A stretch of DNA of 64,000 nt, from positions 1-64,000 of the forward strand of contig NOWV01000027.1 of assembly GCA_003344405.1 (NCBI GenBank), in the 5' to 3' direction. The translations under genes and the position numbers were made by a program. This DNA comes from Trichoplax sp. H2. Taxonomy: Eukaryota. The notes below the pieces were generated by a model that was not told where the DNA came from, did not search any database, and worked only from the letters and a program-made list of their open reading frames with translations. Below are positions 16,041 through 30,792 of the stretch, piece by piece (position 1 is the stretch's first letter; every line of letters begins with the position of its first letter).

Positions 16041-16238
16041 ACGTTCAATGAACGTCCGACGTTCAAATTGGACGTTCGTACGTTCGTTCATTAAAACTGG
16101 CTAACGTCCACAGTACTACCAGGGACTACTAGAAAGAGAGACGGACGCCTAGCGGCCGTTTCGAGCAAAATTATTTTTAGTACTGTATATCGAATGACCG
16201 TTCTCTGTCCCTCTCTTTCGTCTTTTAGTAGTCCCTGG
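15663..16238. mobile_element. Small TIR element (~120 bp once the inner insertion is removed), TIR CCAGGGACTACTA, interrupted by the hAT-like MITE
   Basis: CCAGGGACTACTAGAAAGA (reconstituted; 16119-16137) versus right end TCTTTTAGTAGTCCCTGG (to 16238). TTA lies on both sides (15660-15662 and 16239-16241). Confidence 0.7.
15671..16118. mobile_element. Non-autonomous hAT-like MITE (448 bp) with 8-bp target-site duplication
   Basis: Perfect direct repeat CCAGGGAC at 15663-15670 and 16119-16126. Imperfect TIRs: TAGTGCTGTAGACGTCTAGC on the left versus TAGTACTGTGGACGTTAGC (reverse complement of the right end). Subterminal GGACGT/ACGTTCG repeats at both ends. No transposase. Confidence 0.8.
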
Positions 16239-17215
16239 TTAAGCCCGTAGATTCCTCTCTTACTATACGCTATATTCACTTGATCAGTTTACTTTCTACT
16301 CACTTGCAATATTTGCAAGTATGAATAATAAACAATAAGCAATATTTGCCTTCCTTGTACTAATAATTAGTTTCATCAAGTACTGGATACTATATATTAA
16401 TTTTATGACAATGCTATGAAATTACTAGATTGAAACTATATTTTTCTACTCGTAACGCCACAATATTAAACGTTAATGTATATACAACCATATGTAGTTA
16501 GTAGATTTTATTCATTGTAATTATCTTTCTATCGTACAGTATATGGCAGGATACTTGTCTCTTCGTATAAAAGTAATGAAAAACGTTAAGTGAACTATAA
16601 TTATGGTAATGCAATAAGAAAGATGCTCTTCAAGATCTAATTACCGTTAAGATCATATTCCATCAATGCTTTGGTAGACAATCTTTTTATTAAAGCTGAA
16701 TTTCATTCTAGTCAATCCAATTTACCCATACTAATTAATCATTAGTCGTATCATAATAAATTGACTTGCTTTACATAAATGCTAATGATAGCAACAAATA
16801 CTTTTAGGCTCTAATTAATACACAATATAATAACGATCCGTTGGAATACCATATCATTCCATTATTTGCATAATTTATATTTTCAAATAAATTCGTACAG
16901 TTGTTGAAAGTTTCCATCTTATGGCACGGATTTGCTCTATATGCAGATAATAGAATTTCTTATTTTTAATTCAAACTAGCAGTCTTCAGGAGACCGATTT
17001 CCATACTAATTTCTATACGATACTGCACGCTATGTAAAGTACGTGTAACAAATGATTATATAGAACCTCCTACGGTATTGCGTATTTCAGAGAGGACTAA
17101 TGTGGTACTGTGATAAAATGTATAAGAGTTCTTTGACATATTAATAATGTTCTTCCAAGATTATTTAACTTTATATAATTATCAGTTTCAGCCTCGCTGC
17201 GTTTAATATTGCAAA

Positions 17216-20200
17216 TTATATTATAGTCAATGTCCATGGATCCTCATCTTCTTTTTGAATTGATGGCTGAATCTAAATTAAATGAATTGAAAAGTTCTTT
17301 AATTATTTTATCCGGACCCTTTTGCCACTGTGTTACGAAGATATAATAATTATTGATTCATTATAAAATTCGTGCATAATTAAGTAAGTAATCGTAGTTA
17401 CCGCCATAGTAATTTGATCAGTACATGCCATCCTAATGCGTTCACATGTTGCTGGGCTATCGAGTCGGAACATTTTGTGAAATCCAGAGTCTTTTCTGAT
17501 TGCGAAAATAATCATTTAATTAACTACTTTATGAAGAAATACTCCGTTATAACAATAGTAGTAACTTTTATGATTGCAATTAGCTCTATTTCATCAACAA
17601 ATACGAATATATTCGAGCGCTATAGTGTTAATACAATATCATTTACTTACCTAGCAGCAATAATGGCATATTTAATCGCCAGAAATACTGATGAGGCAAG
17701 TACTAAAGACGGTTCTCCAATACCCTAATTTTAAATAATTAAGGAACCGTTATCATTTTTTCTATCGTTTATACTGGTGATATTACTAAAGATACACTTC
17801 TAGTATTATTTTACCTTTGAAGAAAAAATTCCGCGTTTATTTGGAACATTTGGTAATAAATAAATATAAAATTTGTTTGGAATATTTGATAAACTGGGAA
17901 TTTTATATGTTGCTGGTCCTCGTGTTAGCAAATATCCAGAGGGTGATATACATTGTTCTTCAAGTGTATATAATCCTATTCCTTGTACAAACGCTCCTTC
18001 AATCTTATCCAGAACCAACAGGTGATCGATTAATAATATTATAAATCTTAAACAGTTAAGTAATACCAGCCAGTTAATTTCCTAATTCTGATAGCTAATA
18101 AATTTATTAGCATACCTGACCAACATCGATTGCCGGATTTAAACTTTTGCCTACATCCATTACAATATCGGTACGCAATATCTAAATTATTGAAACATTG
18201 TATAGCAACACAGCAATAATGATGGATTAGGTAATAGCAACGTAGAGCAAATAATATAAAATTGGATACATAAGTACAGTATATCAGGCCCGGCTTATTA
18301 TAAAAATTTGAATTTAAAAAAATATTAATATTGATATATATTGTACATTTTACTACATCATCTGTATAAAATCTGTAAATAAATTATTTTCTTGCATTCA
18401 TAAAATATTGCAGTATGTATCACTTAATTCGTAATACGTATTAATATTAATGTATCTTCGTACATGATAATCCCCAGTTAAAGAATCAATTTCTATTTCT
18501 GATACCGCGGCCCCATAGGTAACGTAATTATATACTCGTCCAGAATTTTCATTCCAGTTATAACCTATGTTGGGCACACTGCAAGAACAAGACTTATCAC
18601 ATTCAGTATGTTGTAGTCAGGCAAAACACACGCAAAAATATAGGCAAACTTTATCACATACTGTGTTTATCATGATATTGCAATTAAAGAATGTTTAATT
18701 TAATTACCGATAAAATCCATTGGCTGATAGGTTAACTCTGTCGGTGTAAGCAGCTTTGACCTTAGACGATAAAAAATGAATTGCTTATGATTTCACTTGG
18801 TATATATACATTGTGGTATTTATCATAATTTGAGAAGCTTCTGTTTTTGTACGTTAACTCTATAGAAACAAGCTCTACGCAAATTCTGTGCAAGTTAATT
18901 GTACGATATACCGGTATGAACATAAGGTTGTATGACGATGCATGCTGAAACACTCATTACGATCATAAAACTTACCCAGTCTTCCCATTTTCCCTTTAGA
19001 TTAGCTGCTCGGTATGGGGCTATTCGATCTCTTAACTGTTCACATGCGTTCTATAAAATACAAATTAGTATCTGCTAATTAAAAGATATTTATGCGTGAA
19101 CAACAAAGATAGTAACTAATCCTATAAATCAATAGAAAAGTAGAAAGAACATATAGCTTCCAACAACTGTCGTATCATTAAATATTATTATATTTTGGTA
19201 TGTAAGTTATCACTATGATTATGATCAACCATATCACAGATAAAGTACAACATAAATTCTGTACTACGATATCGGTTCATAGCAGGTATTTGCCAGGATG
19301 CGATATTTGTATTTATTCAATAAACCTTATTGCTGTTAAGTTAAAATGATATCTATTTGTAAAGTTATACGATCATGATATTCACAAATATGTATACTAC
19401 TGCTAGAACTCAAATAACTATATGATCATAGAGAATTATAAGAGGTTATACGATCATACCAGAACGGCTCCTCCATTTAAATCGGTTGATAACGAACCAG
19501 CTGTTGGTGATGCATTTGGTACCGAAGATGTATTAGTTTCAACAATATGTACTTTATCCACCGGGACTCCCAGAACATGTGAACAAATCTATTGAAAAAA
19601 ATTACATTGATTTAAGTTATCAAATCGTATCTAGTAGTATGGTACTATTCTCACATAAATTATTCATTCGTAAATGGTTTACAAGCTTACATTTAATACC
19701 ATATCGGCCAATTACTAATGAGTACTGCTAGTTATTACCTATCTATAACAATTTACGATACATTATAAGATATTATAGACTTACCTGTGATAATTTAGTG
19801 TATAAGCCTTGACCCATTTCAGTTCCACCATGTGACAACAGTACGGAACCGTCAGTATAAATCATAACTAGTGCTCCGCCCTAAAAGAAAAATATTTTTG
19901 TGTAAGCTACGGTTACTAGCAGTTGTTAAAATTGAAGCCTTACAAACTCTTCGTTTATGTTCTTTCTCATAATTAGCACTATAGCTTACTAAATTAAAAT
20001 ATTAAAGGTAAGGCCTGTGAGCTCTTACTTGATTGTTATATTTTGAGGTAAACGATACTGGAAATCCTGCTGGTACAATTGCTATACCTCGCTTCTTCCA
20101 TCGATTTACCCTACATATTATTAAAAGGATATACATGTCGTTATAGTTTTAACATGTAATAAAGGATATTACAACATTTTAAGAGGAATTATGATAAAAT

Positions 20201-23200
20201 CCGAGATACTAATTTAATTTATTTCCATGAGATTAAATTAGTAGTTACAGTTATTCTAGTTACTTATTAAAGGCTTCAACTTCCAATTTACGACTTTCAT
20301 AACAACTACGTTTAATAACTTCATTTAAAACAGCTCGCGCTCTGCTATCTTCTACTGTCTGGTTGTAATGCGTAACATCGTTATTCCGATGTAGATTTAT
20401 TTCTCTAACCTAAACGACATAAACGAATAATTATAATACATTTCATAGCGTCTTATAAACATTGAAACATCTTCTATATTTAAACAAATTATAAGATTCT
20501 CTTGCTACAAGTGATGGTGGTATTACTTGTAATTGGGTTATTCCACATTCAATGCCAATGTCGGTTAAGATTGTTTCTGTAGCTAACATTGCCTATTAAT
20601 CATGAATGAAAGAGGGAATAACATGACCATTGCTAGATACAAGACGAATTTTACCTTACATCAGTTCTTTAACACAGTTAAACTATATTCTTTCTTATTT
20701 AATGTAGGAAAATAGTATATTTTGTATATGTAAAAGATAGAATTCAAAGATATAAGTATTACTTGAGGTGATCCAAATCCTCTAAAGCCTGTATTGGATG
20801 GAATATTAGTTTTGCACAGATAACCAATAATTTCAACATTGGGAATATGATAGCAACTAAGACAGGTTAATATTGATCTTCCCATAACCTGCAAAGGGAA
20901 ATAAATATTACAGTGTTACTCAAATAACTATTAAACGAGCCTTATTTATAAATAATGGTATATGCATGAGATATCTTCAGGCAGTAGGATAAACTAGCTA
21001 TTCCTTTAATTACCCCATGTGATACATCCCGTGTATTGCCACTGTTGGAATACATTTTCATTTTTAGGGCATTAATAACCCCATCATTGTTAAATCCAAC
21101 CTACAGAAAAATACTTCATGAAATTCTAGTTCGAAATTAGAAAAATACTTGGTCATATTCATTATACCTTATATTTAAACATATAGGGATGCCTCGTTCC
21201 TGTTATAGACATATCGGTATCTCTGTCTAAAACGCATCGAACAGGCCTTTTTGTTCTAAATTAGATGAGAAAAATTTCATAGAGCCTGATAGAAATCGTT
21301 TTTAATCTGGCTTTACTACATAAGAACTTCTTCAGTCCTATAGTTAATCATTTTTATTTAAGCTTATAGATAATATTACGATAACTACCGTATTATTTTA
21401 CTCACTTCTGAGCTGCAATAGCACTTGCTACAGCTATAGGAATTCCACGCATATCCTTACCGCCAAATCCACCACCTATATAATATATTACGAAAGCTTA
21501 GTATTAACAGAGTGTCGATTCGATTACGTTTTGTTTTAGACCATGATGTTTAGTACCTATACTTATATAAGAATAGCATAATACCTAGACGCTTAACTCT
21601 ACAAATCACCCTATTCGAAGGAACACCCAAAGCTTTAGCAACCGATTTTTGCGTACCAGAAGGATCTTGAGTTGATGAAAAAATTTCCATTTCTCCACTT
21701 TCTGCCTTAGGCAATGCTACACATGATTGCGTTTCGAAGTAAAAATGTTCCTTGATATTGTAAAATAATTTATAATTGAATAATTAATTAGCGGTATGAT
21801 TTCGACAAGGATATTTAGAAATACAAGTTACATAACTAATGCGTAGATCATGTATTTATAAATGATAAAGATTTTGAATAAGATACGTAAAATATGTAGC
21901 TCATTCGGAAATCGTTTAAATTTATAGAATATTATCTTGTGAAGAGCTTAACTGTACCCACCTGGCCACCTACTGTAAATTCCCCCTCTATCGTTTTTTG
22001 TGATAACGTCAATTCACGCTCTACATCTCCTTTTCTAATTTGACGTGTTGGAGAGTAAAACGATTCTGCCGCTATTGCTTTCTGGATTAAAATAGATTAA
22101 CGCAGAGTTACAATACGGCAAGATGTAATTGATACTTCTAGAGTGTAAGTCCTATTGTTATACGCTACTAAATTACAATGACGATAGATAGCATAATGTT
22201 TACCTCGATCGTTAGAATAACTGGTAAATCTTCATATTCTATTTGTACAGCTTTGGCAGCTCTATTGGCATTATCTCTTGTATCAGCTAGGATTAATCCA
22301 ATTAAGTGGCCTATGCAGGTAACCTAAACGTTTATATTAAATTGTTAAAACTTATGAGATCAGTAAGCTAATATCAATGAAGATTAGTAGCATATATCGG
22401 CCAACTATAACTTTATAAGTATTAAATGTGTAGCTAAAAATATCTTGTTATTAGCAGCAGGTTACCAAAATAAAAACTTAAATTTTTTTACCTAAATAAT
22501 TTTAAGCAATTCACTTCTGTGCATAATTCATATAAGACGTATATGTTAATTAAACAAGTTATCAGTAAATAAAGGATTGCAACGTACCTCCTCTGTAGCG
22601 AAAATTTCCTCTCCGTATTCGATACATCCGCGATTGCAACCGGGTTTTATGTCATTAGCGCCAACATAATCGTACACGCCAGGCATGGATATCGCATCTT
22701 CATAATTTATTGACCTAGAATAAAGGATCCACGATTGAATTACTGTAAAGCTGTTATATTCTAAAGTACACGTTTAAACTACTGATAACTGACGTTGATA
22801 CTTAATGAAATGCATTTCCTAATTCATAGTACATCACAAAATTACTTACCTAATTTTTGCGTGTGCATTCGTGCTTAAGACTAATCCGGCAAATAATTCA
22901 TCTGTTTTAAAACATCAGATTGAATATCGTTTTATTAGATGTACTTTTTGTATTCATACGCGATATCTTATTAGAGTGGATGCTTTACGATTTTTTACTA
23001 GAGTATTTAGGCATATCATCGCAGTAAATAGCTTCTCCTGTAGCTTGTTTCATAGCAGAGGTATGCACCATGGGTTTTCTCATGGAACTGTGTTCTTGTT
23101 GACTACAATCTGACTTCTACTCATGTTAACCATGAAATAAATAAAGAATAAGTACCGTATAAAGATATAAGATGAAATAAATGAAATTTTAGCAGACGTG

Positions 23201-26200
23201 ACGCATTTAGTTATAATCTAGCTACAAAATTCGTCGCCATGGTAATTATTTTGGAACACTGTAAAGCAAGATATCGAACTACTAAAATATAGATTAACTG
23301 GATCTTATTAATTAAATTCAATATTCGGGTTATAATCTTAATTCTGAGCTATTTTCTACAGAATAATTCGGCAAATACATTCACATATTTAAAGTAAAAA
23401 TATCAATGATACCTCAAATTCTTGATAGCCTTGAAAACGATTATGTTTAAAAACTGAAGCTGCACTTAAATAACTAGGCGGTATTCCTATATTTAGAAGT
23501 TCCTATAATTGTAAAATATTCGCCCATTATTTACTACTGGTGATCATATTCATTTGATAAATTGATTTTGGATAATTCTGAGAAAGTTTATTTATCCCGT
23601 TAGAGTACGTAGATCGATATCACTTATCGACTAAGTTTAGTAGTAATATCTAAGTGATACAGGTAATTACCACAATATGTTTCTATTACCTCAGAAGAGA
23701 GCAACTGAGACGAAACCATCAGATAAAATTTCAAAAAGAAACTAGGGGCTAATATTTTCCTATATTCTACCATTCCTCCAGGAGTAGAAAACGCTAAAGG
23801 CATATCTTTACTTAGCAGTTGAATAACGATATCGGTCAAATTTTCATTCCATTCTCTAAATATTATATTAATTATAAGGATAAAAGCGTATGGATCACTT
23901 CATTTCTTCTTAACATTTTATAAATTACATCTCGTTCTCTGTCTGTATACCCGATGTCGCAATATCTTATAAGCAATAATGTTAATGTCATAATATTACG
24001 CAAGCGATATTAAAACTGAGTAATTTCTAACACTTTGAAATACATATTTATGACTAATGACATTAAAAGTGTAAACACAATTTTGAAGGGCTTCATGGCC
24101 TAAAAAAATATAGAAGTCAACTTTTGTAATTCTTTGTGTACCTGCCAACCAGGAAATCGCTAGTTTTACGAGCAATAATAGTAATTGGCGCCATACCACC
24201 GAAACTTAGTGTACAGTCTCTAATAATATAATTACATCGAAGTGAATTTTTTTCTAGAGCCACCCTCATCCCTGCATTAACTATGGTAATATCGTCAGAA
24301 CGTCGTCGAGCTTGTTTAAATCCATGAAAATATTCATTCTAAAAGTTCACATCCAAACGTAATTATAAAGTTTATGCATATTGTACGTGATCAGTTGCGT
24401 GCCATAATATTGGGTTAGTAGCAATTTTACTATTAAGGAATAGAAACTTTGCACTTGTACCTGAGAAGTGTATGGAATAAGTATTGATTCGATTATTTCA
24501 TCAGGTTTAAGACAAGTTTTTCGATATCCAGTAAAAAAAGATTCATCCATAATCATAATTTTTCTTTCACCTTAAAAATGTCAAGATAATGGTGAACAAT
24601 GATAATATTTTTGAACAACATATGTAGTCTTTAATTAAATTTCAGGCCTATAAGTGATGCATTTAGTGAAATTGCTTATCAATACACGGTAGTTCAGTGC
24701 AATATAAATATAATAATATATGATTCTGAAACTTGCACACTTCTTACCTTCAGCTGATTGAATGTACAATCTCGACTTTGACGCCAGAAGCAAAGGATTT
24801 AAATCAGAAATTGGACTTGCGGTCACGATATTGCCAGCGATACTCTAAAAAAATTTATAATGTCTGCTATAATTTTATTTGTAAACGTTACAAAGATTCA
24901 TATCCTTTTATCGTTGTATTCGGGATAAATAGGTCAATATCTGAAGCTAATAACAACTTGCTATTAATTACTGTCTTGATAACGATTAAACTATGGTGAT
25001 AGCGAACAAAAATAATACATACGCCGACATTTCTAACTTGATGGCCTGCAAACCAGCGTAACATCTCCACAATTGCTGCAAATGTCCTCGTCTTATATTC
25101 TGTTTTATAAAATATCGTTTCACTAAGATTTTACTTTACATCAGCTAATTAAATATTATCTATTTATACAATTAGACTAAAATATTTATGGTGTATATGT
25201 TTTAAAAGTAATGTACTATTACTAGTAAATATATCACATTCAACTAAATGCTTTACAATACAGTACTATGAATTTAGTGATTTTGATGTTTAAAATTTAG
25301 TGTTGCAGTCTAATGATCGTGCTGATACAAATCTTTGCAATTTGGCCTACTAAATAAGTATACACACTACGTTACATACCTGGTAACTTATCTATAGCAT
25401 CATTCATTATTTCATTTAATTTTGTTAGTGTAATACATCCTCCAATTTCAATTCCTTCTTCAGTGTGCTTAACTATATTTAATTCTGGGATTTCAGTGGG
25501 GCTAATTATAACTGGGTAGTGAAGTCCTTTGAATTTCATTTCTATTCCTACAAATTATCAAATAAACGATTATACCGTAAACTAGATCTAATATAACTAC
25601 TGTAACTATCGTAATATTAGAAATGTATTATTTAAAGGTAAATGACCGTTTCGTAAGAAATCTTAAAAAAACAGTAATACCAACCGACTTCTGTATTTCC
25701 AACCACCAACTTCGCCCTAGGATATTTTTTTTTAAGTAACAATAATTCTTCCAGAGAGCTTGGTCTAAACCAAGTCATAGTGTTACCAACAATGCGCAAG
25801 CTTTCTACTGGCATATCTCTCGTAACCTATAAGTACAAAAATGGTAATATGAAGATCGGTACAATGAAACACTCTTTCTTAGTATCGTAAAATTGCCACA
25901 CCATTAGTTCTGGCGGAAAAATTAATTCCTGAGATGGATCATATGCCGAAAAGCTTGATAGGTTGTATAACTTGTTATCCATATTATTCTATCGTGATGT
26001 AAGTTATAAAAATATGAATATATAAATTAAATTGCAATCAGTAAATCTAAAGCAAACGGTATTAATGTATTAAATTTCCTGGTCATCGATTCGAATGTGT
26101 AAAAGTACATTAAAGAAATAACTTTTATTTGAGGCGTTTACTATTGTACTACTACTGTACTTACCTTTAGAGTTTGGGATTCAGTTTCAATCTTTTCTTT

Positions 26201-29200
26201 CTGACAGCAGTAACTCTAATAAGAAATGAAGTTAGGCTTCGCAATTAGTATCTACGTTGTCATTCTTTGTTATTAACAAAATTATGTTAGCATTCTATCG
26301 CGATATTTATAGTTTGAATTAGGTAATAGCGATCTTAAAAAAGTGTCACTCAACATACTTTGCTAAAGGTTTTATATCCATCTAATATCGGTCGATAGCC
26401 CGTACATCGGCATAGATTACCTAGAACCCATTAGTTTTAGATAGAGATTATTTTACATATGGTAAGCTTATTCCATCATAAGTGTGGCAAGAGTTTAAAA
26501 AATGAAGTATGAATACAAGTGTAAGAATTAGGTAGAAGCAATAATTACTAATGTATTCTATGTTGAGCAATGATCATATTTTTATAGTGAAGTAAACTAA
26601 GGTTAGAAGGTTAAATATCACATTTTATCTGGCCTTATAATTTAAGTGGCTGACTGTACAGAATAAGATGCTATAAGATGTTGCTCTATTGATCTATTAG
26701 TACAAACTTGAACAGGCTTCTTCAATCTCTTCTTCTGTTGGCTCCGGATTATTTCGTAATAGAGCATACATAGACATAGCAAACCCAGGAGTACAAAATC
26801 CGCACTGAGATCCATGTGCTTTAGCAATACGTTCCTAATATTAGTGATGACATCAAGTAGTGTAAAGAATCCTGTTTACTTCCTAATATTCTAATCTACA
26901 TTATTATACAGTCGCAGCATATACATGGCCATTTCAGTTGGAATTATATTCTAAATTTAAAGATTATTGAGCAGTCAATATATTAGCATCAGAATCCTAA
27001 TCGTGTAAACACGATGAACCTCGGGATTGATATACTATTTGATTCTTGACTAAAATATTATCAAAAAACAGCCTATTTACTGAGATGGCTATGTATGTGT
27101 TATGCATCCGGCCAATAATTTCACTAATGATTCTTAGAATGTAGTATATGCATAAAGTATTCAGGGACTTCCAGAAACCTATCGTGTATTACTAATAAAC
27201 TATACTTTAGTTTATAACCTTTGCGAGTATTATTGAGGCTGTTAATATCGTTTCGAAGAGAAGTACTGGGTGCATCATCTTTTATAGATAATATTTACAT
27301 GACTAGTTTGTACTTACGACTATCATCAGGCGGATATATGAGGAAATGATGAGATTTGTTGCAGCATTTATCGATTATATATATTACTATTTGTTGCATT
27401 ACCAAGTTAGAAAAGTATTTGTGCTTATCAGTTACCTGTACAGGATGTAATTTAGATTCCATATTCCCAATTCCTTCTATTGTAGTTACAGCGGTATGAT
27501 GCAAGATGCATAATGGGGTAAGACAAGAATTAACAGCGTAATGACTGATATTAATTTAAAGAAAACAAGTCCAAAATATCAAAGCTAGATTACGAATTAG
27601 GTGATTGTATTTATTACAACTGTAACAATGCAGTAGTATACTTAGTAGACATATATATATATGTTATATATATATATGAAGCAGATCGCATTTTAAAATT
27701 TGCATACTAGATATATTAAATTATGTGTTCTACAAATAATGTTAATACTGTTTATCGGATACATGATCTTCTTTTCGTATCGATGATATTTCGATACCAC
27801 AACAGTACAAGCTCCACATCCACCTTCTCCACATACTAGTTTGGTTCCAGTTAATTTTACTAATGGTTTATTTAAGGAACTAATAAGATTCGGGATTGAT
27901 ATCAGACATATCAGATTACATAGAAGAGATTACGACTTCCAGTCTTTAAAGATTCCTTCTAGCTCAATACAGATAAGTACCGTAGGATACAAACTAGAGC
28001 AATATATAATTATAGATGTGTGTTATATGCCACGTGCATGCCCACGCAATGAATAAGATTAGTAGGCATAGATTTCTAGACTTGTAGACATCACATGTCT
28101 GGAAGTCCTTGATATTAGATTCTATTTCTGTACTTCTAGCAAAACTTACCTAAAAAAGTGGTTACTATATCTAATATACATACAGCACTTGAACAAAAGG
28201 CATCATGCATTTTGTATATTCGTGTTTCACTACTAACATTACATCAATTAAAATCAGCGTGATGAAATAAATATCAGATTTTATGCTATTGATATTTAAA
28301 AGTATTGGAATAAGAAACTTCCGTAAAATTAAATCTGTGCAAGCCGTTATTTTAGCTTTTGAATAGAATGAATCTGCCATGAGATCATTTTCTCTTTCTC
28401 TCTCTTAAGTAATTAAGTCAGAATGACTTGATAGATTCTCGTCCTAATATGGTAGTATATCTACACGAATTCTACAGTCTTAGCTCGATCAATGATGACT
28501 CAGTTTTTAACTTATGGATAAAAATTAAATTTGATGTGAGATTGGCATTAATACCGTAATTTAGAAATTAGTTAAAGACTTTTACTTTAACATTTTCATA
28601 AAGATGACTAGAGATGATAAACTATGGCAACGTACAGCAGTGAATAATATATATATATATATATATATATCACTACTGTTTCTCTTTACATGATACTACA
28701 TATTCGAGGTAGGACAGTTTAGTAAGGATGGAATAGTTGCGATATACAGTACTAAATTTGGTCGAACCTATACCTAGATTTAGAAATTGTACCTTCATTA
28801 CTGTAACATAAAAATAACATGGTTCTTTGTAAGGAATATTTGTTAAACTAATATAATAAAGCATACGATCAAATGGAAGTCATTCATACTGTAACAATAA
28901 CAATATTTATTAAATATGGTTAAATCTTTTCGCTAACCATGAATCAGTGATATTGTAGGGATATTAGAAAGTATCAATTTGGTGAATTACCTTACTCCAT
29001 TATTTCCTAATAAATTCAATACTACTTATTCTTATTAATGCTTTTCCAGATACTGTATTTGTCTTATTTACGCTGCTGTATGACAATCGATAATTGTAGT
29101 TGAGGACTAGCACTGTTACTATTAGCTTTGAAAATAAACAATAAGATTTGTTCCTGATCATGTTTATGACACTGTAAAAGATTATGTTTTACCAGGCTAT

Positions 29201-30792
29201 CGAACTGTCATATATCTTGTGCATAACGAGAGCTATTACCTTTTGATCATTTTGAACAGCGAAACATGAATTTTTCTGTATAAAGTCGATGAGTAACTAA
29301 AATCATTACTAGTATTTGGTAAATAAAAAGAGATTATTTGTATAGCTGCATTCTTATGTCGGTAGGATTATTGGAATGTACTGTTTAAAAATCTTGAAAT
29401 CATTGGCAGTAGGTGAATTAAAAATGTGCTGTGAACTGATGTGGCTTTAAAATAATATACAGGGTTCTGTTGTAAACCATTCATGAATTTGCTCGCGTAC
29501 TGGAGATAATGCAAATAATTTTCATGTATCTTCCTGTGTTAAAATAAAAATAATTACTTTTACATTTTAGTACGTCATAAGACATTCCCATTTTACAGTG
29601 TACAGTACATACGTGTTTATTATACGTACAGTACAACTTATTTCGAAATATTTAAAACTGCTGGTATTTTTGCTACCTAATTGGGTAATTTATATAGTCT
29701 GATGAAATTTTCTTCTACATGGCAATGAATTAAAAACTGACGTAAACGTATTTACTGACGAAACCTTACTATCTACCACATCATTATCGTCGTCTACTTT
29801 GCATTTTAATAACGTAAAAAATGAGCCATCGGTGTATCGTTGTCATTTATGAGGAAGGAGTTATATAAATGTAGTGCAGCCCCAAATGAGCTTAAGATTA
29901 AAAATTATTTAGACATTTTACACAATCTAACAAAGAAACATTCAATTCATCTATTTTTGTACAATCCTATAAATTTTAGTCTTGAGCCCATTTGGAGCTA
30001 TACTACAACGAATTAATAATAATGTGCCAATATTTCGTAAATCGAAGGATCGATAGGTAGCGTACATGATGGATCATAAATGTAGATGTAAAATGAAAAT
30101 AAAAATCAGCGAATACTGATGAAATTAAAAGCAAAGTGAATCTATTCGCTATATTAATTAAAAATATTCTACTTAAACGTGAAGAGGATACATTGATCGC
30201 GCAGGAAACTCAACAACGTCCATTCCGGTTGTACATTGTCTGTAACATACTAGAAAAGGGTTGGAATATTTTATAAGACATTTTTTTAATCTAGCTTAGA
30301 TACAGAAGAATACGTCTACTCTACCTATCATGTCTTTACTAGTATATATTGTCAATTTTGTTAACTAGACAAAGAGGATTTATTTCGAACATTTCTTGTA
30401 TCCAATATCGACGTGTTTTAACATTCTTGTTATTTCATTACAGCGAAAACTACACTACTCAATGATATTACTAAAGGCGATACGTAAAAGTAATCGTTTC
30501 CCTTAAGTTTATCGTAGCCATATTGAATATATTTTTGTCATCCATAGTACTGTATACTGTCGTTTACAATAGTTTGAGTTAATCTATCATACAATCTAAG
30601 ATGTTAAGAGTGAGGCTGTAGCTTCCAATCATGATTATTACTATCAGTGATTTCCATTTACCATTATATCTAAAGACGTCTACCATTGAATTGATATATC
30701 TACTATCTTGTCTATTATCAAGGTTAATTTTGTTTAGTCATGTATCTTACCTTAACGCCATTCACGTAAATCAAAATTTTCGATCCAGTCAT
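17216..30792 (-). CDS. XDH: Xanthine dehydrogenase/oxidoreductase, paralog B; complete multi-exon gene
   Basis: Exon 1 at 30751-30792 ([14 protein letters not shown]), exon 2 at 30192-30249, exon 3 at 27763-27859 ([16 protein letters not shown]). Also [18 protein letters not shown], the FAD domain ([33 protein letters not shown]) and the Moco domain ([53 protein letters not shown]). Stop TAA at 17216-17218. Not every internal junction was checked. Confidence 0.96.
27860..30191 (-). other. U12-type GT-AG intron 2 of XDH-B
   Basis: Donor GTATCCTCTT; branch-like TTCCTTAAA shortly before the acceptor (..TTCCTTAAATAAACCATTAG). Confidence 0.75.
29870..30007. mobile_element. MITE-like inverted repeat (~39-bp arms) in XDH-B intron 2
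   Basis: TGTAGTGCAGCCCCAAATGAGCTTAAGATTAAAAATTAT versus the reverse complement of the right arm, TGTAGTATAGCTCCAAATGGGCTCAAGACTAAAATTTAT. No clear TSD. Confidence 0.6.
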
